Counted from the first letter of the stretch, positions 40,405-52,732 are shown. The stretch is DNA of 64,000 bases from Octopus vulgaris (GCA_951406725.2 OX597830.1:48360001-48424000); one strand, 5' to 3'. Translations and numbers: made by a program. Notes: generated from the letters alone by a model not told the origin.

Positions 40405-40476
<72 letters not shown>

Positions 40477-41037
40477 TATTGAGTGAGAGAGCAGTGCATG
40501 CCATCAAAGTGACACTGGGATAAAATATACGAAGCCCAATATACCCATCATGACTACCCGTCTGATAAAGGTACACCAGGCACATGCATAACAACCATAT
40601 GTGCGCGACATGGTGATCTCATATCAAGATAAACAGCGCATGACCTTGCAGGTGGGGCCCAGTTAGAATTTTCTTCAGGTTGAGTAGCCCATCCCGCTCA
40701 AACGGTCCCTGAATAAGGGTTGTTTAAGGATGTTGAAAGAACCACCCATGTTTCCAGAGGCGAATTATTCAAACCCCAAAGAATCCCTCTCAACACATGG
40801 CTATGATGCTCCCCCACTACTTCTGCTCGTGATCAGAGATGCACATATCGTCAGCCACTAAGGGACATGCTCAACTGGTTAAGGTCAAACAACTGACAAG
40901 CAAATCTGTGGTATTGAGCAGAATATTTGCTGTAGCCCATCTTTTATACCAAGACAAAACAATGTACATGATAACACTTCCAATCAGTTAAGATCAGAAG
41001 CCATGAGAGCCACTGCCTGGTACTGCATCAGGGCATC
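40477..41037 (-). mobile_element. Apparently full-length ~560-bp non-coding TAA-tailed retroelement
   Basis: Starts ATGCCCTGATGCAGTACCAGGCAG and ends CTCTCTCACTCAATAAT. (TAA)n on both sides. Three copies in the window. Confidence 0.8.
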
Positions 41038-41041
41038 ATCA

Positions 41042-41108
<67 letters not shown>

Positions 41109-41132
41109 CATCATTATTATTATTATTATTAT

Positions 41133-42333
41133 ACAGTAGTTTTATTTTTATAACGTGCTTTCACTTCACTACCGAGCGCAGCTCTGTGTGCCTTGGGTAT
41201 GCTGTGATTTGTTGTGATGCTCTGATTGTTATTGTATGGAAAGTGTTCTGCGTAGGATGTGTGCAGTACCTAGTAGTGCAATTTTCTCTATGTTATATGT
41301 GTTTGTACGTCCTGGTGTTTTTGTTATGTATTTGTCTGAATATTTTTTTTATCCTGCCTAATGCACCTACTATGATAGGAATTGTTTCTGTTTTTACATT
41401 CCACATTCTAGTTACCTCTATTTCCAGGTCTTTGTATTTTGAAAGTTTCTCCATTTCTTTTAGAGACACGTTGTCATCTGCTGGTATTGATACATCAATT
41501 AGAAAGTATTTTTTTTTCTTCATGATCTCTGACAAATATATCTGGTCTGTTGGCCTTAATTTCTCTATCTGTGTGTATTGGCATATCCCAGAGTATGGTT
41601 GCTTTCTCGTTTTCTGTGACCTTTTCTGGTGTGTGCCTATACCATCTTTTTTCTGTTGTTATTCCATAATGTTGGCATATTTTCCAGTGTATGTTGGTCC
41701 CAATTCTGTCGTGTCTATGAATATATTCCTTCTTAGCCTGGACTGGGCAGCCAGAGATAATATGATTTATTGTTTCTTGTCCATCTCCACATATTCTGCA
41801 GTTACTTGTTATATTTCTTTTCATTACATGTTTTTGGTAATTTCTGGTGGGGAGGCTTTGGTCTTGTGCTGCAATTAAAAATCCTTCTGTCTCTGCTTTA
41901 AGTCCTGAGCTTCTCAACCATTGTTGGGATTTTTCTTTGTCTATTGCTTTTGCATTTAGTTTAGTCCAGTATTTGCCATGAAAGGGCTTTTCTTGCCATC
42001 GTTTTATCATGGTTCGTTGCTGTTCTATTTTTAGTTTGGATTTCATTTGTTTTATAGCTTTTGTTTCTTCTTCTTCTTCTTCTTCTTCTTCTTCTTCTTC
42101 TTCTTCTTCTTCTTCTTCTTCTTCTTCTTCTTCTTCATATTTGTTAGGTGGTATAATTTCTTGTTTGTATTTGTCAGCTTCCTTAAATACTGAGAACAGT
42201 TTTTTGTTTTGCTCGTGTTTTGCCGCTATTTGTATCAGTTTTCCTTCCTTCTGAAGTAGATATTTTTGCAGTCCTATGGTGGTTATTTTATAGTAGTTTT
42301 CCAGTTGTATAAGGCCTCTACCACCTTCTATTC

Positions 42334-42335
<2 letters not shown>
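41133..42335 (-). mobile_element. R4/Dong-type LINE 3' end (second subfamily)
   Basis: ORF 41495-42046 (AAQDQ, CRICG..ETINHIISGC, RHD, RPDI) and ORF 41293-41535. Internal (GAA)n. (TTA)n flanks. Confidence 0.93.
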
Positions 42336-42411
<76 letters not shown>

Positions 42412-42412
<1 letters not shown>

Positions 42413-45094
42413 TATGTTTGACTTTTGCTTTATATTTGTACAAGTTGGCTCCAAGTCTCACCCAGAGACCTCAAGAGACAACAGGGTTGGAAGTTCATGT
42501 TGTTGTTATGCCTAGTGTGCCATATATTTGGGGGGTGGGGGTGTTGTACTAATGAATGTCTAAAAAAAAGGATTTTTTTTTTTTTTATAAACCGAAAATT
42601 ATGTTTGTTTTAAACCTTGAGATTACATAGAGAGTATTTTGTGTAGGATATGAGCAGTTCCCATGAGCACTATCTTTTGAACTTCTGTCATTTTGGGGTT
42701 TCCTGGTATCTGAGTTAGGTAGCTATCAGCCCCTTTTGCTATCATTCCCAGGGAACCTATGACAACAGGTATTGTTTTAGTCTTCAGCTTCCACATTTTG
42801 CTGATTTCTATTTCAAGATCTTTATATTTGCTCAGTTTTTGGTAGGTCTTGACAGATACGTTTATATCGATTGGGACAGTCATATCAATGAGGAGGCATG
42901 TTCTTTGTTTGAAGTCTTTCAATATGATGTCTGGCCTATTTGCATCTATCTTCCTGTCAGTTTGAATGGTGAAGTTCCAGAGGAGTGAGATGTGGTCATT
43001 TTCAAGCACTGGGGGTGGTTTGTGTTCCCACCAGTTTTTTTCATGGGGCAAATCCAGGTTTTTACAGATTACCCAGTGAATATATTGTGCAGCTCTATCG
43101 TGCCTGTTGAGATACTCTGTAGGCGCTAGAAGACTGCACTTGGAGACCACATGGTCAATGGTTTCATTTTGTTGCTTGCATACACGACACGTTGGACTGC
43201 TTCTGATCTTTAATATGTTGGTCTGGTAGTTTCTTGTTGGTAGGCATTGATCTTGAGCTGCTATGATAAACCCCTCTGTTTCAGATTTTAAGCCAGAGGC
43301 CATTAGCCATTGATGGGTCAGGGCTTTGTCGATATCTGCATTATTCGCTCTCTTTGGGTATTTGCCATAGAGAGGTTTTTCTTGCCATTTATTATTCAGA
43401 ATATCTAAGGCCGCAGTTTTGGCACGGGTTTTCATGCGCCTAGTTTTTTCTGTGCTTGTTTCTTGTATATCTATCTCTAATTCCGAAATTGGTTGTATTC
43501 GGAATTCACTTAGATATTCCTTTGCCTGTTTTGTTACTGAGTATGATGCTTTCTTGTTTTCATGTTTTGAGACAAGTTTTAACATCCAGTCCTCAGAGTT
43601 TTTCAGGTAGGTGTCTAGGCCAATTGTAGCAATCTTCATTGTTATTGCCAGTTGCAAAAGACCACGGCCTCCCTCTTTTCTTGGCAGATAGAGTCGTTCT
43701 GTATCTGCCTTAGGGTGGTGCATTCTATGCATTGTCAACAGTTTCCTTATTTTTCTGTCGAGCTGACATATTTCAGTAATTGACCAGTTAACAATATTGA
43801 AACTGTATGTCACGACTGGTATAGCTAATGCATTGATTGCTTCGATCCTGTTTCTTGCATTCAGCTCTGTCTTGAGTATTGCTCTCACTCTTCGATAGCA
43901 TTCTCTCCTGATCCTTTCCTTCATCTCTGAATGCCTTATTCCGTTCCCTTCAATTACCCCTAGGTACTTGTAGCTCTCCGCTGGGTCTAGTTCTTTTATG
44001 ACATTCTGTTGGTCAAGGTTAACGTTAGATGTTTCTGTCATTTTTCCTTTGATAAAGGTAGCCTTTGCACATTTATCGAGGCCGAATTGCATTCTGATGT
44101 CGTCACTGAATTGTTTGACTATCGCTAGTAAGCCCTTGAGTTGTTGATCATTTTTTGCAAAAAGCTTTAAATCATCCATGTAAACGAGATGATTTATATT
44201 TTTATCAAACATTTTATACCCGTACTGCGCGTCATTGAGCAGCTTTGAGAGAGGTATTAAGGTTAAACAGAAGAGGAGTGGTGACAGTGAGTCACCCTGG
44301 AAAATGCCACACGAAATTTTTACATCACCAGCATTTAGGGATTCACTGTCACTGTTCAGAGTTAGTGTGGTTCTCCATGATCTCATACTTACAGTCAAGA
44401 AGTTTCGCAGAGTTGGTGCTATCTTATACATTTCAAGGCATTTCCTAATCCAGCTATGTGGTAGGCTATCAAAAGCCTTTTTATAGTCTATCCAGGCTAT
44501 TGATAAGTTTTTGTGTCGTTTGTGACAATCTTCTAAGATCATCTTATTGATGAGTAGTTGGTCTTTACAGCCGTAGGATCCACGTTTACATCCTTTCTGT
44601 TCATTAGGGAATATGCTGCTGTCTGTTAAAAAACTATAGGTATATTCCGTCAGGACAGATGTTAGTGTTTTGTACATAGTTGTTAAGCAGGTTATGGGTC
44701 TATAGTTTTTTGGTTCATTTGTTTCTTCACTTTTTGGAAGCAGGAATGTTAACCCATTAACTAGCCAAGGAGGCATCCTACTAGGGTGTTGCAAAACATC
44801 ATTGTACAGTTCTGTTAGCAGTTCATGGCTCTCTGGGAAGGCATTCAGCCAGAAGTTAGGAATTTTATCCTTTCCTGGAGACTTCCATTTGCTTGACCTC
44901 CTGAGAGCAGATCTTATATCTTCTACCTTGACACCCTCCCACTTTTGTTCTTCTAAGGGGTCCAGTTCTGTAGATATTCTGTCAATCCAGGGGGCCTTTT
45001 CGTTGTGTGTTTTTTCTTCTGCCCAGATTTTATTCCAAAATCTCAGCACATCTTCTTTTGATGGTACAGACCCTGCAGTAAACGCTGTTTTTCC

Positions 45095-45095
<1 letters not shown>
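42412..45095 (-). mobile_element. Young R4/Dong-type LINE, 5'-truncated, with 3' UTR
   Basis: Contains the unbroken ORF 42623-45049. (TTA)n on both sides. Confidence 0.96.
42623..45049 (-). CDS. Retrotransposon ORF: reverse transcriptase + CCHC zinc knuckle + restriction-like endonuclease (N-terminus missing)
   Basis: NYRPITCL, WIDYKKAFDSLPH, GIFQGDSLSP, YMDD, CRVC..ETIDHVVSKC, RHD, RPDIIL..LIDMTVP..K..KYKDL. No stops over 808 codons; the reading frame begins at the truncation point. Confidence 0.95.
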   Translation of the reverse strand: MLRFWNKIWAEEKTHNEKAPWIDRISTELDPLEEQKWEGVKVEDIRSALRRSSKWKSPGKDKIPNFWLNAFPESHELLTELYNDVLQHPSRMPPWLVNGLTFLLPKSEETNEPKNYRPITCLTTMYKTLTSVLTEYTYSFLTDSSIFPNEQKGCKRGSYGCKDQLLINKMILEDCHKRHKNLSIAWIDYKKAFDSLPHSWIRKCLEMYKIAPTLRNFLTVSMRSWRTTLTLNSDSESLNAGDVKISCGIFQGDSLSPLLFCLTLIPLSKLLNDAQYGYKMFDKNINHLVYMDDLKLFAKNDQQLKGLLAIVKQFSDDIRMQFGLDKCAKATFIKGKMTETSNVNLDQQNVIKELDPAESYKYLGVIEGNGIRHSEMKERIRRECYRRVRAILKTELNARNRIEAINALAIPVVTYSFNIVNWSITEICQLDRKIRKLLTMHRMHHPKADTERLYLPRKEGGRGLLQLAITMKIATIGLDTYLKNSEDWMLKLVSKHENKKASYSVTKQAKEYLSEFRIQPISELEIDIQETSTEKTRRMKTRAKTAALDILNNKWQEKPLYGKYPKRANNADIDKALTHQWLMASGLKSETEGFIIAAQDQCLPTRNYQTNILKIRSSPTCRVCKQQNETIDHVVSKCSLLAPTEYLNRHDRAAQYIHWVICKNLDLPHEKNWWEHKPPPVLENDHISLLWNFTIQTDRKIDANRPDIILKDFKQRTCLLIDMTVPIDINVSVKTYQKLSKYKDLEIEISKMWKLKTKTIPVVIGSLGMIAKGADSYLTQIPGNPKMTEVQKIVLMGTAHILHKILSM

Positions 45096-45126
<31 letters not shown>

Positions 45127-45434
45127 TATATTATTTTATAATAGCCATAAATAAATCTAATCATTGCAGCCCTATTAATTCGTACTCAGTTTATTATATA
45201 AGGTAATACCGGTATCTTGACAACTTGAAATAGTTCAATTTAATTAAATCAGTGCATAGTTGACATGTTCTTTAACCTCAGTTGCTCCCTTATTAAATAC
45301 CAGTTAAATCCAATTGATCAATCTCCATAGAAACCATATAATAAGTTAATATTTAGATAAGTAATAAGTAAAATATTTAACTATTTCTTTGCAATTTTCT
45401 TTTCCTCTCTCTATTGTGGTAAAACTTTGGTATA

Positions 45435-45941
45435 TACCGTAAATCCGCATTTTTTCCCTAAAATTTAAAGGTCAAAATACCTAGTGCGTACTATATACGA
45501 GGTTAAACATGAAAATTATTTTCTAAGCTATGTCCGAGTCTCAATTTGCTGTCTGGCTATGTTTAATCAGACGCATTTTGTGATGTCGGGCGTGAAAATA
45601 CCTTAAGCTAAACCTGAAAGTAATGAAGTCATAAAAGAATCATCCATAACTTGCAGTAAGCAACATTTATTAAACGTTATTACTGTTATTTCTTTATTTT
45701 CTGCAAACAAAATGCACAAAAATGCTACACGTTTGCATTATATTATATATACAATAATAATAAAGGACGTTACCGTATACATTTTTACAAACCAAGGACG
45801 TTATATAGACCTCCTTGACTCAAATTAGAGAAGGGGTGCATATTATACACAAGGTTTAGGTTTTTCAGAGGTACAGCCCCGCCCCCAAAAAATCCCAGCG
45901 TGTTATACTTAAGGGCGGACTTTACTCGAGGATTTACGGTA
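45435..45941. mobile_element. Tc1/mariner (pogo/Tigger-like) MITE
   Basis: Terminal inverted repeat TACCGTAAATCC / GGATTTACGGTA including the TA target. It interrupts a sequence whose empty form appears at ~46760-46810. Confidence 0.8.
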
Positions 45942-46652
45942 CTCCAAATATTCAAAGAAGTTTTATCCTTATGTTAAAATTCCATTCTTAATAATCTTCT
46001 TGATTACCCTAAATTTTAACTTTATACAATAAGACAATATTGTTTGAAATGATCTTGATTTATCTCTTTCTTAAATGGCTCTACCCTCCTGATCTTAAGG
46101 GCCTATATATAAATAACCCTTCTAAACAAGTACAACTAAGAAACTATAAATATCATGTAGGGAGTAACAATATTAACTTCTTAAATCTATGATATGACTC
46201 TTAATTTAAAAAAAAAAGATTAGTGTAAAATATGATTGTTCCATAACTTAAATATTCCTTTAGCTGATATCAAACATCAGTCTTTTATTGATATTAGCTA
46301 AATAAGTAAATATATAATTTTTAGTCTAATATATTTTGAATTATTATACTTTTTCTAAAAATCATCTCTATTGGTGTTAATAAGCTACATATACTTTACC
46401 ATAGTATTGGTAATTAAGTTATTTTATTTATTTTTCTGTGGTGTTCTGCCCTACCTGATCATTTTATTGTATTTCTGTATTATTTTATATTTAGCCTTTA
46501 TTTATAAAATTACTCTAATTTTTGTATCTCTATAAATTCATACTATACTGGTATATTCATTACTTGTAAAAAAAAGCCTGCTTAGATTATAATTTTATTA
46601 ATATATAATTAACATGTTCCTTTGCCTCAATACTCCATCATTAATGCCAGTA

Positions 46653-47463
46653 TATACCAATTAATCAATATTCACAGATACCATCTGATGGGTTTGTATT
46701 TAAGTGTACAATATGTATAAATATTAAACTATTTCTGGATAATTTCTTTTCCTCCTTCTATTGTGGTAAAAGTTTGGTACGTACTCAAAAGTATTCATAA
46801 ATTTCTATCTTTTGTTATAATAGTCTTCTTAATAATCGTCTGAATAACCTTAAACTCTAACTGTATACAATATAGCAACAGTGTTTAAAATATTTAACTA
46901 TAGTACTACATGATAAGATTTCCCATGTTTTATTGTCAATGGTCTGCAAGTAGACCATTAATTGTCAGCTAACGTCTTGTTTTAAGTTTTCCTTTACCAA
47001 ACCTCATGATATTGCTTTTAATAAATCTTGATTTTTATGACTATACCAACTATGATGTCTGTCTGCTCCCTCAGCCATACCCCTAACAGATACTGCCCTC
47101 TGTTCTCTCAGCCTTAATATACATGGGATTTAATAAACTAGTCTATAAATTAAAACTGACCCCATAACACCAAAAAAAAAGACAGTGATAGACAGAGTCT
47201 GTAACAATGTATATCTTCATGAAAACTTAGTAACTTCTATGCTGGAGTGAGACAGCATGTTTTTTGTTTATCTCCTTAACTTCTTGGAGATTTTAGGTAT
47301 AATTATACTTATGTGTTCATCTGTTCAATTTGATTAAATTCTATGTCTTTGTGCAGCTGAGGATTGCTCTGCATTTTAAATTGATGTAATTGCTCAATTA
47401 AATGGAGTTGCATGAAACAATCATACTGCCTTACCTTTGGATATCCTTGTTGCTTAGTTTGAT
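46653..47463 (+). repeat. Right arm of the long inverted repeat, with a hammerhead-like motif at 47351-47430
   Basis: Reverse complement of 36279-36955 plus a ~140-bp extra segment. Reads GTGCAG-CTGAGGA...GAAAC-AATC-AT-A-CTGCC (CpG-decayed stem III). Confidence 0.85.
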
Positions 47464-48079
47464 ATGTGTATGTGTATGTATGTATGTATATATGTATGTG
47501 CGTATATATGAGTGTACGAATATATATATATGCATGTATGTATGTATGTATGTATGTATGTATGTATGTATGTATGTATGTATGTATGATTGTAGAGTTG
47601 TTGCTCATTTATTCACCACTGAGTACCACAAGGAACGATTGTCATGTGGCCATATCTTAATAATGTTACATGCAGACGACCCGTTGACACAACAAGATCT
47701 CTCAATGCAGAGTAACGTTTGCATAACCAAATTCCTGCCAAAATGAAAGACTGCGGTTAGTGGAAACAATTGAAGGATTTACAAATAAATGTTCCTTCGT
47801 ATTCCTTCTTGTTGACTCCAACTTATGCAATTATTCATGTATGTATGTTTGTATATGTGTATGTGCGTTTTTATATGTATGCACATATATATACACATGT
47901 GTATACATATATATTACAAATGAATATACATATATATTACAAATGAATATACATATATGTATGTATGTATGTATACATACATTCATACATACACACATAC
48001 ATATATATATATATATTTATATATATATATATACATACACATATATATATAAATATGTGTGTGTGTGTGTGTGTGTGTG

Positions 48080-48277
48080 TGACCTCGTGTGTACCGTTGG
48101 CGATCTTTTTCCTCTGTCTTCCCTTCTCTGGATCTTTCCTTCTCCTATGTTTCCGACGAGGAGCTCCGCTCGAAACGTTAAAGCCTCCTTCTTCCCTTAT
48201 TTCCTGAGCGTCCAATAATACTATATTTTTTCCATGTCATCGCGTTGTTGTGTTTTTTTGTGTTGTCTTGTTTGGAT

Positions 48278-48285
<8 letters not shown>
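48080..48285 (+). mobile_element. Penelope-like terminal remnant (family of 6550-6760), hammerhead-like motif at 48149-48184
   Basis: GTTT-CCGACGA-GGAGC-TCC-GCTC-GAAAC-GTT-AAAGC, between (TG)n and (TA)n. Confidence 0.55.
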
Positions 48286-48314
<29 letters not shown>

Positions 48315-49489
48315 GGTGAATATTAACCTAATTCTTATGAACTATGCCTATCCCTTGTCCAGTGAGATCAAAATTAATCAGGGATCGTTGGTTGTTACTA
48401 GACTCCACGACACTCACCCTCAGTGTTCGTTGGCTGTCCTTCATTTCCACGACACTCACTCTCTTGAGATATTGGCTATTTTTATGCCATCTCTATTACT
48501 TAAATCCAACAAGACTATTTTGAATCGTTGTGTAAAACTCTGCTAGTTTCGTATGGAAAAATTAGTTAATATAAATTTTATGTCGTAACTCTCTACAACA
48601 ATTTTCTTTGACTTCTAAATGTACCATAAATATTAAATGTATTTAAATAAACTAATTTGGTAAATAATTTCTCTTTCTTCATTTTCTTCAACCTGTTAAT
48701 GAGATTTATTTCTGTATCCATGAAACTGTTATTATAGCGGTGACCTTTCAACATGTACCTTTCAGCGTCTTGGTGTATAATTCATCACGGTGTTTACGCA
48801 GCCTGAGTTAAGATTTATGTATAGTGATAACACTTATAGTTAAGTTATAAGTGACCGGTTTATCACTATAGATTTCTACTCAGTAAACATCTATATTTAT
48901 TATCTTTTCCAAGTCAAAAACATTCTACACCAGATAATCCAACACAAGCTTATATATTGGTGACAAGCCGACGTGGACTTAGAAAAGTCTACTCAGGACA
49001 ATAATCACTCTGTAAATAAGATAGAATCAACCCGTTATAAAAGTGGTGACTCGCCTTTATAAAAGGTGGTTAATTCTACGAACAAGTTATACGTAATACT
49101 TTCACTAAAGTCTCTGAAGTGTCTAGAATGTTCTCTTCCAAGAAATACTGAGGCTTCCTATCTCGTTTGAAACTAATAGAATTTCTTTTTATCTCTTCAT
49201 CTCTCCCTTTTTCTATTTTTGCTCCTCTCTCTTTTTATCTCACCCTCACTCCTCCAATCCCTCTCTCTTCTGTTCACTCTCTTTCTATCCCTCTCCAATT
49301 TATCGCACTCCCTCATTATTTCAATGGATAATTTTATGGTGATGTAGTGGTGGTCATCGCCGTATTTGTTACTGAATTATGCTTGTAGCACTTCTCATTC
49401 TTATTCCTTTCATCTTCATTCTTTGTAAATTAATGTTAAACGTGAATATGAAATATGAAATTTTTTTCCAAAATAAATTTTCATTGCAG

Positions 49490-49525
49490 TTCTCTTCTAC
49501 ATCTCACTGACATTTGGAAATGGAC
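49490..49525 (+). CDS. 36-nt micro-exon, signal peptide C-half of the tri-PAN protein
   Basis: ttttcattgcag|TT CTC TTC TAC ATC TCA CTG ACA TTT GGA AAT GGA C|gtaagt; phase 1-1; (F)LFYISLTFGNG. Confidence 0.62.
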
Positions 49526-50082
49526 GTAAGTAAATTTATATCAATATATAGACATATATCTATGAAAATTATGAAAATCACTACTCAAAAATTTGATTTA
49601 TAAGTTCAGTGGAAGAAAATATTTTCCTTTCCTAAGTAAATTAGATGAAAAGAAAACTCAAGATAAATCTCGTATTATGACGAATTCAATTCTTAACATA
49701 ATTTCCATTGGTGATAATTCAGTTTTCCGTCAGTTTGTAAGCATTTTGTTAAATAAAACAAAGTGCTGGTATTAGGGGACATTCTTTACAACCGATAACC
49801 GTTAAACATTATAGTATATAACTTGTGAATCATTTAAATAATGGAATTAATTAAACAAATTTAAAGACTCATTCGCAGTCATTTTCATAAAACAGATTAT
49901 ATATCCCAAGATGCTTTGTACCTACACTATGGTAGTAACAACTCTATCACTTCTTCCTGGTAAAAATATCAATGCTGATCCTCAAACATTTAATATTTTC
50001 TATCTTTATTATTATCTATTTTCACAATGTTTTATTTTCGTCTTCGTATTTTGGTTGTTTAATTTGCCTGGCTTTGTTACAG

Positions 50083-50340
50083 TTGGATATCTGGTGTATT
50101 TTATGAAAGTACCATACTGTGCTCCGAAAGACGGTAAAACATTGATGACACTTGACGTGGATGTCTTCACCTGTTCGAAGAGTTGTTTTGAAACTTCTGC
50201 ATGTAAATCCTTCGTGAGCGGAACAATAAGTCCAAGCTGTATTTTATACGAAGAAGACTCAACAGAGAGGAGGCTAATAAGAGATTTTGATTACCATTTT
50301 TATCAGTTGAGAAGATCTGTGCCGACCAAGTATAGAGACG
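50083..50340 (+). CDS. PAN/Apple module exon 1
   Basis: ctttgttacag|TTGGA...AGAGACG|gtaaac; 258 nt, phase 1-1. Encodes GYLVYFMKVPYCAPK..DVFTCSKSCFETSACKSFVSGTISPSCILYEED..DYHFYQLRR. Confidence 0.8.
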
Positions 50341-51789
50341 GTAAACAAATTTGAATCTTTTTGTGTTTATTTCATTCCTTGACTTGTATTCTATGTTTTA
50401 GTCCAAAGAGAGACAATACGGTTAGCATTTGAAAATTGACTGCGATTTCTCTGGTCGGTGTAGATTAGCGTGTGTTGGAAAATAATTGTTGGTAGAGTTT
50501 TCATTCCGGAGATTTAAAGTTCTAATAAAATTTTGAGTGATGTGTTTAGCAGAAAATTTAGAAACGGATTGAGACACAAGATTACCGAGGAGGGAAGAGA
50601 AAATGTAAAGTTTTATAAGACCGTTTTGTCATGTGACTAACAGAGAAGATTCTCAATATATTTGATGAAGAAAATAATGCATATCTGATGTGTAATATTT
50701 GTGTATGGAAGACATCTGTCTGTGAGGGAGACGAAAGGGGATTTTATAATAAAACAGAATATGATAAGAGTTTTTAAAATTACGCACAATAATTACACAA
50801 GATGCTTAACTGAATGTGTAAAACAGATTTTATTTTTTTAAATATAAATCAAAGAAAATGAGAAAAAAAGTAGGGTAACTTACTCACAAATGAATGAAAA
50901 CCCTCAAACTGGATCAAATCATAATCGCCCACAATCCTGATTAACTCTCTCTCTCTCTCATTTTCTATATCTCTTCTTCTCTTTCTCTCTCTCTCTTTCT
51001 TTCTCTTTCTCTCTCCCCTCCCCCTCTCTCTCTCTCTTCTCTTTCTCCTCTATATCTGTCATTCATGTCCAGAGTGCCCCAGAAAGTTTTACCCGTGTGT
51101 AAAACTCTTCCTAAAGAATATCGGTTCAGGTAATATCTACATTTAACGTAAATATTTGCTTATGTCTTTTGTTCATGTTTCTATTGTTTCGTTCGTCTAA
51201 AACTGGTTTGCAAACAAACATGGCGTCGAAAGCAAAACATGACCAGATTGTCGCTTTGAGAGCAGTTGAATGTGTGTCGTAAAACAGTGTTCAATACCTG
51301 GAAACAATATATGGAGTCCGCTACAAGCTCTAGCAAGCCAATTCCTTGTAGGAAGCGAACAATTGAAATGTTGACGCTGTGAAGAAACGAATGAACGGAA
51401 ATCCCAGCAGGATGCAAGAAAAGCTGCAAAAGCTCCCTTAATATTTCGAAATCGTCAATGAACAGGATTTTTTAAGAGGATTTAAAACTTGCTGCAAAAT
51501 ATTCCACTGTGCCACTATTTTCAGAAGACCTTATCGTCGTGCCGACATGTCTTGGTGGGCACGTTACCAAAATTAATATTGGCCGAGGTGGGGGGTACCC
51601 CTGAAATAATCATATGTTGGCTGATGGCCTCTGTCTTCTATGATATAGAGGATACGGCCGCGATACTGGAGATGCATAAGTTGCACCGACAAAATTGGAC
51701 GGGTCAGGAGTTGGAACGCTTTGTCCAAATTGAACAAGAGGACCTAAAGTCTATCCCTGACTCCTTAAACTTACCGTAGAACACGAGTC

Positions 51790-52650
51790 GACGCGTAGCT
51801 GTGGAGGGCAGGAAGCCGAGGTGCTACGTCCTTTGCCCCGTTTGCTTGTTGACCAACCTGGTGCGTTTACTCTTCCCTTTTCTGTGGAAGGGGCACGTTC
51901 CACTGGTCAGGCGCTCCGTCTACTATCATCAGTCGCTGAATGGAGGGCTGGGCATGCCGTTGTTACTAATTCGCAGACATTCATTGAGTTTGCGGCATCT
52001 CCAGCGTTTCCTTGACGGTGAGCAGGTGTGGTCACTGTTTGTCAGGTACATTTTTCCACAGACCGTCCCTTTGACTGAGCTGCAAACCTGGATTAAGCGT
52101 AGACCGAAGAGGGAGTGCTTGTCACAGCCCTCCGCCAGGCGAACAATGAGGTCGGTGTAGTTCCGTTCTAGCGTTCTATAGAGGGCTAGTGGAAGGATAT
52201 CGCGACGACGTTCTCAGGGAAACTCTTGGCGTCGATGAAGATCAACGAAATGGTCTGTTTCGGAGAACTTTCTGGCCTAGGCCTATGAATAAGTTCGAGA
52301 AATCCCTTGCCTTGCAGTGACACCGAGTGGCGCTGCCTGTTTGAGATATACTTTACAGGTACCGAAGTGCCGTCAGCCAGGCCTGCCCGAGGTGTTCCCA
52401 GAATGATGAATCCGTTCTACACGCCCTCGTCCAGTGACCGAATATTGCTGACCTCTGTGGGTTTATGTCGAACACCTGCTGTCACGTGTTAGACCGATCC
52501 GGCTATCAGCTGAATCCATAGTGAGTATTTCAACTACCGCCCTCCTTTGGCTGGGAGGAGCAGGCAATTTTTATTTGTTTAGTGGCTCTATCGAAATCGC
52601 TAGTATGGTGGACTCGTCTGAAATGGCTAAAGTCAGAGACTTTCCTCTTT
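51790..52650 (+). mobile_element. Degenerate Tx1/L1-clade LINE C-terminal fragment
   Basis: LLFPFLWKG..LVRR....GGLGMP and CPRCSQNDESVLHALVQ (zf-RVT-like), with stops. Confidence 0.65.
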
Positions 52651-52681
52651 GTTGTTGTTTTTTTTGTTGCTGTTGTTGTTG

Positions 52682-52728
<47 letters not shown>

Positions 52729-52732
52729 ATTA

